Assembly (NCBI GenBank): GCA_037444405.1
Contig: JBBIML010000009.1
Coordinates: 128,001 to 192,000 of the forward strand
Length of the DNA stretch: 64,000 nt
Direction of reading: 5' to 3'
Source: Armatimonadota bacterium
Lineage (GTDB): Bacteria; Armatimonadota; Fimbriimonadia; Fimbriimonadales; GBS-DC
Shown here: piece by piece, positions 30,236-38,798 of the stretch
Layout: each line of letters starts with the position of its first letter
How positions within the stretch are numbered: position 1 is the first letter of the stretch
Notes under the pieces: model-generated
The model's database searches: none
Seen by the model: only the letters and a program-made list of their open reading frames with translations
What the model was told of the DNA's origin: nothing
Made by a program: the position numbers and the translations under genes

Positions 30236-31102
30236 ATGCAGGATGACCGCTGGCTAAGTGTAGAGGTGCTGGCGCCGCCCGATTTGTGGGAGGCGGTGGC
30301 GGCGGTGCTGATGGAACACGGCTGTACAGGGCTGATTCGCGCAGAGGCGCCCCCGCGCGTGGTGGGCTACCTGCCCGAATCGCAGGTGGAGCAGCTGATG
30401 CCAATCCAGGAACGGCTCCATCAGTTCCCGCAGTTCGGGTTGCCGCCCGTGATTGCGGTGCAGATTGCGCCCGTACAGGCGCGCGACTGGCAGACTGCCT
30501 GGCGACGCTATTTCCGCAGCCGACGCTACGGGCAACGCCTGCGCGTGCAACCCTCATGGAGCCAGCGCCAGCCGCAACCCGACGAAATCACTATCATTTT
30601 AGACCCCGGCATGGCGTTCGGCACGGGCAATCATCCGACCACCGCGCTCTGCCTGGAACTGCTGGACAGATATGTTCAGGCGGGTTCGCGCGTGGCGGAC
30701 ATCGGCACGGGCACGGGGATACTAGCTATCGCGGCGGCGAAGCTCGGCGCACAGGAAGTGGTCGCCGTCGATAACGACCCGCTAACCGTGCTGGTGGCGC
30801 GCGGCAATATCGAGCGCAACGGCGTCGCGAATCGCGTGCAGGTGCTGGAGGGTGATGGCTGGAGCGTTCTGCAGGGACAGTTCGACCTGATTGTCTGCAA
30901 TATCCTGAGCGAGTTCCTGATTCAGACCGCGCCGCTCGTGCCGCGCTATTTGCGGGAGGGCGGGCTTTATATTGTGTCGGGTTTCATCGGGCGCAACGGA
31001 CGCAGGGTGCGACGGGCGCTCGAGAAGGCGGGCTTGAGGCTGGAGGAGGTGCGTAAACGGCGCTCATGGGTCGCCGCCGTGTTTCGTCGCCCGAAGGGCT
31101 GA
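30236..31102 (+). CDS. prmA: Ribosomal protein L11 methyltransferase
   Basis: DWQTAWRRYF, LDPGMAFGTGNHPTT, DIGTGTGILAI. Confidence 0.94.
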   Translation: MQDDRWLSVEVLAPPDLWEAVAAVLMEHGCTGLIRAEAPPRVVGYLPESQVEQLMPIQERLHQFPQFGLPPVIAVQIAPVQARDWQTAWRRYFRSRRYGQRLRVQPSWSQRQPQPDEITIILDPGMAFGTGNHPTTALCLELLDRYVQAGSRVADIGTGTGILAIAAAKLGAQEVVAVDNDPLTVLVARGNIERNGVANRVQVLEGDGWSVLQGQFDLIVCNILSEFLIQTAPLVPRYLREGGLYIVSGFIGRNGRRVRRALEKAGLRLEEVRKRRSWVAAVFRRPKG

Positions 31103-31857
31103 GCGCGCGGGGGCTACCCCGCTTCTTTGTGCCGCCTGAAACGCTGGAGGACGGCATATTGCCGCCCGATGTTGCCCATCAGGTGCGCCATGTGCTGCGC
31201 CTGCGCGAGGGCGACGCCATCTGCCTGCTGGACAACACGGGCTGGGCGTACCATGTGCGACTGCAAGCGTCAGCCCATCAGTTGCGATTCACCGTCGTGG
31301 GGCGTGAGCCACTGGCAACCGAGCTGCCGATAGCGGTGCATATTTTGCAGGCGATGGTGCGCGCGGAGAAGGCGGAGCAGGTGGTGCGCCTCTGCACGGC
31401 GGGCGGAGTGACCCGGATTCTGTTCGCGCCTGCCGAGCGCTCGCTGGTCACGCTCGATGCGGACAAGCGGGCGACACGGGAGCGACGCTGGCAGTCAATC
31501 GCCCGCGAGGAGGCAGAGGTCGCCTGTCGCGCCCGCTACCCTGCCGTCCAGATTCTGGGCGACTGGTTCTCGGCGATGGAGCGCCTGCCGCATCCGCGCC
31601 TGCTGCTGGACGAACATGAGGGGGTTCCGCTGTTGAGTTCGGTTTTGAGAAATTTGGTGGTGCCCTCATCCCAACAGAGGGTGAGGGCGCTCACGCTCAT
31701 CATCGGTCCAGAGGGCGGTTTCACCCCCCGCGAGCGGGAGCAGATGGTCTCCGAATATGCCTGTATCCCCGTTTCACTGGGGAATCGTGTCCTGCGCACC
31801 GAGATTGCGGCTTTCTACGCGCTCGCCCAGACCGCTCTCCTACTGGAGAACCGCTGA
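31066..31857 (+). CDS. rsmE: 16S rRNA m3U1498 methyltransferase (start uncertain: ATG 31066 or CTG 31099)
   Basis: PRFF, HVLRLREGD, IGPEGGF, LGNRVLRTE. Confidence 0.92.
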   Translation: MGRRRVSSPEGLSARGLPRFFVPPETLEDGILPPDVAHQVRHVLRLREGDAICLLDNTGWAYHVRLQASAHQLRFTVVGREPLATELPIAVHILQAMVRAEKAEQVVRLCTAGGVTRILFAPAERSLVTLDADKRATRERRWQSIAREEAEVACRARYPAVQILGDWFSAMERLPHPRLLLDEHEGVPLLSSVLRNLVVPSSQQRVRALTLIIGPEGGFTPREREQMVSEYACIPVSLGNRVLRTEIAAFYALAQTALLLENR

Positions 31858-31878
31858 ATCAAGGTACAATTCGAAGCG

Positions 31879-33090
31879 ATGGCGACCTTTCGGTATGTGG
31901 CGCGCGACCCGAACGGTCAGGAGGTGCGCGGCACGGTGCAGGCGTCTTCGCGACTGGAGGCGAGCGACCAGATTCGCGCGAAGGGCTACTGGCTGCTGGA
32001 GCTGTACGCGGTGTCTGAACCGACGGGCGTGCCGCGCGAGGTGTCGCGCTCCGATGCGCCGCCCATCTTTGGGGGCGTGCCGCTGAAGGAGCTGGCAATC
32101 TTTTTCCGTCAGCTGGCGACGATGTTGAGCGCGGGCGTGCCCATCTATCAGGCGCTGAACACGCTGGGCAACCAGCGTCGCCATCCGCGTCTGCGCCGTG
32201 CCATCCTCGATATCCGCGACGCCGTGCTGGCGGGCGAATCGATCAGCGATGCGTTTGACCGCCATCCCACCATCTTTTCGCCGATTATCCGCGCGATGAT
32301 TCGGGTGGGCACGGAGGGCGGCGTGCTGGAACAGTGTCTGCGCCAGATTGCCGACTATCTGGAGAACGAGCTGGAGCTGCGCCGACTGCTCAGCCGCGTC
32401 ACTTTCTATCCGAAGCTGGTGCTGGCGCTGATGGTGCCGATCCTGATGGCGCCAAGCTTCGTGCTGCGCCTGATGGGTCGCACAAGCGGGAGCGCGCTCA
32501 CCGACACGCTGGCGGGCTTCGCAGCGACGGTCATCGGCACAGCTATTATCGCGGTAGCCGCCTTATGGCTGGCGTTTCGGATTGCCCTGCGCGCGCAGAG
32601 CTTCCGCTGGCTGTGGGGGCTGATAACGGTCTCCATCCCCTGGCTGGGTTTCACATTGCGTCAGCTCGCGCTGGCGCGGTTCGGGCGAGCGATGAGCGCG
32701 CTCTATAATGCGGGACTGCCCCTCTCTCAGGCGATTCGCATCGCGGCGGACGCCTGCGGAAATGAGTACCTCGCCAGCCAGCTGAAACCTGCCGCCTCCC
32801 GAATCGAAGCGGGCATCGGCATCACACAGAGCCTGCAGGAATCGCGCGTGCTGCCCCAGATGGTGATGGATATGGTCGCGACGGGCGAGAACACGGGCGA
32901 GCTGGGCTTCATGATGGAGAAGTTCGCCGAATATTACGAGGAGGAGGGCAAGGTACGCTCCCATCAGGCGGGCTACATCTTCGGCGTGCTGATCTACCTG
33001 ATGGTCGCCATCTTCGTGCTGATTGTTCTTATCACTTTTTATACATCCTATTTCGCGGGTCTCTTCTCGCAGGCTGGCGGTGGACCGTAG
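31879..33090 (+). CDS. Type II secretion F / type IV pilus PilC family inner-membrane platform protein
   Basis: FRYVARD, FFRQLATMLSAGVP, MVATGENTGEL. Confidence 0.92.
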   Translation: MATFRYVARDPNGQEVRGTVQASSRLEASDQIRAKGYWLLELYAVSEPTGVPREVSRSDAPPIFGGVPLKELAIFFRQLATMLSAGVPIYQALNTLGNQRRHPRLRRAILDIRDAVLAGESISDAFDRHPTIFSPIIRAMIRVGTEGGVLEQCLRQIADYLENELELRRLLSRVTFYPKLVLALMVPILMAPSFVLRLMGRTSGSALTDTLAGFAATVIGTAIIAVAALWLAFRIALRAQSFRWLWGLITVSIPWLGFTLRQLALARFGRAMSALYNAGLPLSQAIRIAADACGNEYLASQLKPAASRIEAGIGITQSLQESRVLPQMVMDMVATGENTGELGFMMEKFAEYYEEEGKVRSHQAGYIFGVLIYLMVAIFVLIVLITFYTSYFAGLFSQAGGGP

Positions 33091-33099
33091 GGGTGCGTC

Positions 33100-34239
33100 A
33101 TGCGGCAGAACCACTATGAGGTGCTGGGCTTGCCGATGAGCGCGACGCCAGAGCAGATCCGCAAGCGGTATCGCGAGCTGGTGCGCCGCTACCATCCCGA
33201 TGTGAACCCTGCACCCGACGCGAAGGAGCAGTTTTTGCGCATTCAGGAGGCGTATCAGGTGCTGTCGGATCCGGAGCGGCGGCGGCACTACGATGCCTTA
33301 CTGCGCCTGCAGAGCCAGAGCGCGTTGTCGGGCACGGCTCGCCCCGCGCGTCCGTCCAGCGGTTCGACCCGTCCCCCGACGCAAACAGGCGCATCCCGTT
33401 CAGCGGCTTCGAGCGAGGAGGCACGTCGCGCGATTTATGAGGCGGAGCGCGCCTTCCTGCAGGGGCGCCTGCGCGACGCCCTGCACTGGGCGCGGCAGGC
33501 AACCCGTCTGCAACCGCGAATGGCACAGGGCTACATCATTATGGGTGATGTGTACCGCATGCAGGGGCACATCGACGCTGCGCTGAACGCCTACACCTAC
33601 GCGCTGCAATTAGACCCACACAATGCTGACCTTCAACGCAAGTTCGAGCGGCTGGCGAGCATGGCACGCTCGGCACCGCCGCCTGCCGCGCCGATGCGAC
33701 GGGTGAACCTGCCCGTGCTGATGTTGCCCGCCGAGTGGCGCCTCTACGCGGCGCAGTCGCTCGGCTGGGGCACGGTGCTGTTTCTTATTGCGCTCAGCGC
33801 GACAGTGCCGGGCGAACCCGCCGCGCTGTTCCGATGGCTGCCGATGATTGCCACATGGAGCTGGAACCTGTTGCTCTATCTGGGACTGGCGGGGCTGTTG
33901 ACAGGTTTTCTGCTGAGCGTCAGTCGCTGGGTGTCGCCTCTGGAAGACGCGCTGCCCTGGCGGAGCTATGGGGCGCGGCTGTCGGCGGGGGGCGTGCTGG
34001 TGGTTCTGGCGATGCTCTGCTTTCCGCTCGCCGCGCTGCTCTATACGCTGTACGGGCTATTGCAGAGCGGGCTGAACAGCTCCATCTCGCGCACCTTCGG
34101 GGCAGTGGGCGCACTCACCTTGCTGTTCGCCCTCGCCTACCCGCACGACACCCTGCAAACCCTGCTGTTTGGCGGCAACTTGCTGTTTCTGACCCACCTG
34201 GCAGGCTGGTCGTTGGGCGACAGCTTCCAGCAGGCTTGA
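33100..34239 (+). CDS. J-domain protein with TPR repeats and multi-TM C-terminus
   Basis: NHYEVLGL...YHPDVN, TPRs (ALNAYTYALQLDP), about five hydrophobic helices. Confidence 0.88.
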   Translation: MRQNHYEVLGLPMSATPEQIRKRYRELVRRYHPDVNPAPDAKEQFLRIQEAYQVLSDPERRRHYDALLRLQSQSALSGTARPARPSSGSTRPPTQTGASRSAASSEEARRAIYEAERAFLQGRLRDALHWARQATRLQPRMAQGYIIMGDVYRMQGHIDAALNAYTYALQLDPHNADLQRKFERLASMARSAPPPAAPMRRVNLPVLMLPAEWRLYAAQSLGWGTVLFLIALSATVPGEPAALFRWLPMIATWSWNLLLYLGLAGLLTGFLLSVSRWVSPLEDALPWRSYGARLSAGGVLVVLAMLCFPLAALLYTLYGLLQSGLNSSISRTFGAVGALTLLFALAYPHDTLQTLLFGGNLLFLTHLAGWSLGDSFQQA

Positions 34240-34240
34240 T

Positions 34241-34610
34241 TCACTGATTGCGTTGCTGGAGTTGCTGCTTGAGCTGCTGCAGTTCGCGTTCCAGCTGTTC
34301 GCGCGCCTGGCGTTCAGCTTCTGCCTGGCGCTGCGCCTCTTCGGCTTGCTGGCGAGCTTCTTCGGCTTGCTGGCGAGCTTCTTCGGCGAGCCGAAGCGCG
34401 GCTTCGGTGGGGTGGGGCACCAGCTCGCCATCAGGCGTATAGAATCGGAGCCACACACCGCGAATGCGCTGGAACTCGCCCTCCCAGATGCCCAGCCACA
34501 ACCCCAGCACCTCGCTCCAGAGCCAGCCGCGCTCGTTGGGCGCAATCGCGATATACTCTCCATCCACCAGCCGCCAGCCAACCAGCCAGCGACGCTTGCG
34601 GTCAAAGCAG
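34241..34610 (-). pseudogene. 5'-truncated Uma2/DUF820-family endonuclease remnant with coiled-coil tail
   Basis: Only the C-terminal part is present (LVGWRL..GEY..GWLWSEVLGLWLG..WLRFYTPDGELVP plus AEEARQQ heptads); catalytic PD-(D/E)xK part absent. Confidence 0.75.
34339..34387. repeat. 21-bp tandem repeat (about 2.3 copies) encoding AEEARQQ heptads
   Basis: CTTCGGCTTGCTGGCGAGCTT x2 plus CTTCGGC. Confidence 0.85.
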
Positions 34611-34682
34611 TCTCGATTGTACCCTGATCCCTCTTCTAAATGCGCCAGCACATCGATGCCGCCCCTGCAACTGTAACGGCTC

Positions 34683-36437
34683 CTATCTGCCGAAGTCGAA
34701 TAGAACCAGCAGCAGGTCGGTCTCGTCGACCGCGCCGTCGAGGTTCACATCGGCAGCAGGGTCCGCGTCAGGTGCGCCAAGCGCGAGCAATACACGCATC
34801 AGATCGCTCTCGCCCACAGCGCCATCGCCGTCCACATCCGATAAATAGATCACAACAGTCAGTTCGCCCTCAATACAGCGTTCGGGCGGGGTATCGGGTG
34901 ACCAGAGGAAGTTGCCGCAGTTGTAGGGCGAGCAGATAGGCGTCCGGTTGGGCGGGATCGTGCCCACACTCGCCGTGCCCAGGATCGTCGGACCCACATA
35001 GCCCAAACCGCCGACCCCGCAGTTCAAATCCACCTGCAGGGGCTGACCACTGAGCCGAACCGCGTCGTTGTTCAGCACCTGTCGCCGCGCCCCCAGCGTC
35101 AGCGTGCTGCCCGACACCGTCACCTCCCGAATCTCATAGTGCAGGTGAGGACCAGTGGAGCTGCCCGTGCTGCCCAGCCGCGCAATCGGCTGACCCCCTG
35201 CTACCTGCGTGCCGTTGTCCGTCAGGAAATGGTTCAGATGAGCGTAGATAGTCGCCAGATAGGTGTTGCTGGTGCCGCTGACAGGCACATCGCTCAACAC
35301 AATCACATAATTGCCGTAGCCCGTGCAGCCGCTCTGCGCACGGTTGTAGGCGCGTCCCGCGTGGGAGGCGAGCAGCACCTCGTTGCAGTCCTGCAGCCAG
35401 CCGCTCGTGTAGGGGCAACTGGTTCGGGGCGACGCAGCGCGGTTGAAATCGACCGCGTTCAGCATGTTACCGCCGCCGTGCCCGTCGTAGGTGGAGGGCG
35501 TCCAGTATTGACCCTGCCGCCACGGCGCCACCAGATTCAGCAAAAACTGCTCCTCACTGCTGCGATAGACGGCACGCAGGCGCTCGTTCTGGGTCAGGTA
35601 AAGCGTGATGGTGCGGCTGGTGGTGTAGGGTGCGCCGTTGCGTTCCCATTGCACGAACAGGCTGCCGTCGGGCGCGGTCTCTGGCGCGGTGAGCGTTATC
35701 GAAGTGCCGCTCACATACATCAGCGTCGCGGGCGGGCTGATGGCGCCCGATGCGGGACTGCCCTGCAAATCGCGCGGGCTGACTGTGATGGCGACGCCGC
35801 TCACGCTCGATTCGAGGCTCAGGCTGTGAATCGGGCGCACATCGCCGATTTTCGTGAGGTAGACCCCGCTGAACAGGCGCGAGTCGGCAGACCAGCCCAC
35901 CTGACCCCCGTTCGAATCGTCCCAGCGAATCTTCCACCAGACCAGCCGATTGGCGGTGTCGATCACCACCTGATATGCCCAGCCCGTTGCGCCTGCGGGC
36001 TTCTGCGTGAGAATGCCGTAGTTCAGCCCGGGACCGGTGCGCACATTCAGGGGGCTGCCATCGGGCGTGACCTGCACCGGATACGCGCCCGAAGTGGTGA
36101 TGTTCGGATAAACACCCGCGCCCGGCAAAGGCAGCAGCTGCTGACGGTTCAGCCGCCGCTCGGCAGACCAGCCACGCTGCCCATTTGACCATTCAATCCG
36201 CCACCATGCGGTTCGGTCGCAGAAGTTGGGCGCAGTCAGCACAAGCCCGTCGGTACCGGCGGGCGGACCCACCTCGCGCAGAGCGCCGCACGCACGCACA
36301 TGCACCCACAGCCGATGTCCGAGCAGCGTGATGCCCACACGGTCACCCGGCTGAATGTCCTGCGCCCATGCGAGGGTCAGCATCCCGCCCAGCAGCAGAA
36401 GCCCAGCGCAATATCTGCCCATCACCTTTCGCCCCAT
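34683..36437 (-). CDS. Secreted M23 metallopeptidase with SH3b-like domains and degenerate dockerin-like C-terminus
   Basis: LNVRTGPGLNYGI (SH3b-like), H...AVDF, YAHL, GSTGSSTGPHLHYE, SDVDGDGAVGESDL...DVNLDGAVDETDLLLVLFDFGR. Confidence 0.85.
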   Translation of the reverse strand: MGRKVMGRYCAGLLLLGGMLTLAWAQDIQPGDRVGITLLGHRLWVHVRACGALREVGPPAGTDGLVLTAPNFCDRTAWWRIEWSNGQRGWSAERRLNRQQLLPLPGAGVYPNITTSGAYPVQVTPDGSPLNVRTGPGLNYGILTQKPAGATGWAYQVVIDTANRLVWWKIRWDDSNGGQVGWSADSRLFSGVYLTKIGDVRPIHSLSLESSVSGVAITVSPRDLQGSPASGAISPPATLMYVSGTSITLTAPETAPDGSLFVQWERNGAPYTTSRTITLYLTQNERLRAVYRSSEEQFLLNLVAPWRQGQYWTPSTYDGHGGGNMLNAVDFNRAASPRTSCPYTSGWLQDCNEVLLASHAGRAYNRAQSGCTGYGNYVIVLSDVPVSGTSNTYLATIYAHLNHFLTDNGTQVAGGQPIARLGSTGSSTGPHLHYEIREVTVSGSTLTLGARRQVLNNDAVRLSGQPLQVDLNCGVGGLGYVGPTILGTASVGTIPPNRTPICSPYNCGNFLWSPDTPPERCIEGELTVVIYLSDVDGDGAVGESDLMRVLLALGAPDADPAADVNLDGAVDETDLLLVLFDFGR

Positions 36438-36493
36438 CGCTCTGGGTGAATTATACACAAATTCCCCCATTGCGAGCGAGATGGGATGTGAAT

Positions 36494-36514
36494 ATTCCAC
36501 CTGCTTGGTGGAAT
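36494..36514. promoter_or_regulatory. Perfect inverted repeat between divergent M23 and kinase genes
   Basis: ATTCCACC-TGCTT-GGTGGAAT. Confidence 0.4.
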
Positions 36515-38726
36515 GACTCTATTGATGGCAGATCGGCGCTCAGAGCAGAATCAGCGGTGCAGACGAGCGAAGCGGGCATGCAGGCGGGATCGCGAATCTG
36601 CGAATCAATTCTGCCCGCTGAACCCCGACTATCTGCTGCTGGCTATTGAAAATTCACCCTCCTCCATCTTCATCACCGATAAGCAGTTTCGCATCCAATA
36701 TGTGAACCCGGGCTTCACCCGAATAACGGGCTACACGCCAGAGGAGGCGATCGGTCAGAACCCGCGCATTCTCAAGAGTGGCTTTATGCCGCGAGACTAT
36801 TATCGCGAGCTATTTCAGACGATTCAGCGGGGTGAGGTTTTTCGCGGGCGCGTGCTGAATCGGCGCAAAGGCACGCCTGTTCGGACGCCTGAAAACCCTG
36901 CCGTCGAGTTCAGCCCGACCACCCACTTCTGGGCAGAGGTGGTCATCTCGCCTGTCAAAAATCGGCAGGGCGAGATCATCGGCTACCTCGCGATTCAGCA
37001 TGAGATCACTCAGCGCGTGATGGCGGAGCAGGAGCTGGAGCTGCGCCTGAAGATAGAGAACAACCTTTCGGAGGTCGCCTTCATTATGCAGTCGTTCGAC
37101 CCGCTGGAGCGCCGTTTCCAGCGCATCATTCAGCGGGTGGCAGAAATCGAGCCGTTGCGCTTTTCGGGCGTGTGGCTGGCGTGGCAACTGGATGGGCAAC
37201 AATTGCGTCTGGTGGCGCATACCGAGGGACTGCCTGAAGAGTTTCTGAATCGGTGGCGCGCGCTGAGCCGGGAAGAGTGGCTTCCAGATCTGCCAGAACC
37301 GCGCCCGCTGCTGATTCACGAACAGGGCTGTGCGCGACTGGCATGGGCAATACCGCTGCAATGGATGGGGCAGGAGATGGGGCTGATGATACTGTTCACC
37401 GAGCATTGTCAGCCCGTGTCTACGCCGCCTGTGCTGATTTTCTACCTGCGGCGGCTGGGCGAGCTGATAGGAAGCGCGATGACCATCGAGTCGTCGATGG
37501 CGACCCTGCGGCAGGCGAAGGAGCAGGCAGAGCAGCTGGCGCGAGCGCGCTCTGGGTTCCTCGCCAATATGAGCCACGAGATTCGCACGCCGATGAACGG
37601 CGTGCTGGGCATGCTTCAGCTGCTGGCACAGACGACCCTTTCCGATGAACAGCGCGACCTGCTTGCCACTGCCCAGCGTAGCGCCGAGCATCTGATGGAC
37701 CTGCTGAACGATATTCTCAACCTCGCCAAGTTTGAAGCGGGACAGATACGGCTGGAGAGCGTGCCCATCAATCTGCGCACCTTGCTGGAGGAGGTCGTCG
37801 GCATGGTTTTGCCGCAGGCTCAGCTCAAGCGCCTGCAGCTGCGCTCGGAGGTGCTGACCAATCAACCGCTTGTGGTGCTGGCGGATCCGCTCCGCCTGCG
37901 ACAGGTTCTGCTCAATCTGCTGGGCAACGCCATCAAATTCACCGAACAGGGCGCGGTGGTCGCGCGCGTGCGCCTGCTAAACGCCTGCGATTCGCACCTG
38001 CACCTGCGCTTCGAGGTGCAGGATACCGGCATTGGCATCCCGCCCGAAAAACGATTCGCTATTTTTGAGCCGTTCCGTCAGGCGGACAGCTCTACCACCC
38101 GCCGCTACGGCGGCACAGGGCTGGGACTGGCAATCTGCAAAAAGATTATCGATCTCTACGGTGGAACCATCGATGTGGAATCGGAGGTGGGTCAGGGCAG
38201 CACCTTCTGGTTTGAACTCCAGCTGCCAGTTGCGCAGTTGCCTGCCCAGCCCCAGCCCGCATCTGTCGCTGAGACGCTCATAGCCGACCTCACAGGGCTT
38301 CGCGTGCTGGTGGTGGAGGATAACGCGGTCAATCAGAAGGTGGTGGCGCGCATGCTGGAGCGGTGGGGCGTTCAGTATGTGATTGCCAGTAATGGACGTG
38401 AGGCGCTGGAGAAGCTCCAGCAGGAGACCTTCCAGATCGTGCTGATGGACTGCCAGATGCCTGAGATGGACGGCTATGAGGCGACGCGCCGCTTGCGCGA
38501 GCGCGAACGGGCAGATGCCAGCCAGCCTCACATCCCCGTTATCGCGCTCACCGCGAACGCCCTCCCCGAAGACGAACAACGCTGCCTTGATGCGGGCATG
38601 GACGACTACCTCGCCAAGCCCATCAAGCCCGACCTGCTCCATCAGAAGCTGGTCTACTGGAGCCAGCGCTGCACGCAAGGCTCTCCATCCAGCAAGGACG
38701 CCCTGCCGCCACCAAAGGCTGCATGA
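36513..38726 (+). CDS. PAS-domain hybrid sensor histidine kinase/response regulator
   Basis: PAS ([12 protein letters not shown]), [32 protein letters not shown], receiver [11 protein letters not shown]. Confidence 0.95.
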   Translation: MTLLMADRRSEQNQRCRRAKRACRRDRESANQFCPLNPDYLLLAIENSPSSIFITDKQFRIQYVNPGFTRITGYTPEEAIGQNPRILKSGFMPRDYYRELFQTIQRGEVFRGRVLNRRKGTPVRTPENPAVEFSPTTHFWAEVVISPVKNRQGEIIGYLAIQHEITQRVMAEQELELRLKIENNLSEVAFIMQSFDPLERRFQRIIQRVAEIEPLRFSGVWLAWQLDGQQLRLVAHTEGLPEEFLNRWRALSREEWLPDLPEPRPLLIHEQGCARLAWAIPLQWMGQEMGLMILFTEHCQPVSTPPVLIFYLRRLGELIGSAMTIESSMATLRQAKEQAEQLARARSGFLANMSHEIRTPMNGVLGMLQLLAQTTLSDEQRDLLATAQRSAEHLMDLLNDILNLAKFEAGQIRLESVPINLRTLLEEVVGMVLPQAQLKRLQLRSEVLTNQPLVVLADPLRLRQVLLNLLGNAIKFTEQGAVVARVRLLNACDSHLHLRFEVQDTGIGIPPEKRFAIFEPFRQADSSTTRRYGGTGLGLAICKKIIDLYGGTIDVESEVGQGSTFWFELQLPVAQLPAQPQPASVAETLIADLTGLRVLVVEDNAVNQKVVARMLERWGVQYVIASNGREALEKLQQETFQIVLMDCQMPEMDGYEATRRLRERERADASQPHIPVIALTANALPEDEQRCLDAGMDDYLAKPIKPDLLHQKLVYWSQRCTQGSPSSKDALPPPKAA

Positions 38727-38750
38727 GCAGGATTCGCTCCACACCAACCA

Positions 38751-38786
38751 CCCCCTCCCCTGCATACGGGGCTGGAGAGGGTACAG
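38751..38786. repeat. Degenerate copy of the REP/RPE-like element between convergent genes
   Basis: CCCCCTCCCC-TGCATAC-GGGGCTGGAGAGGGTACAG; GGAGAGGGTACAG is shared with the 8832 copy. Confidence 0.5.
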
Positions 38787-38798
38787 CCATTAAGCAGG

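Noticed and set aside
34339..34387. CRISPR-like repeat
   Set aside because: Spacerless in-frame heptad tandem repeat; no array or cas genes in the window.
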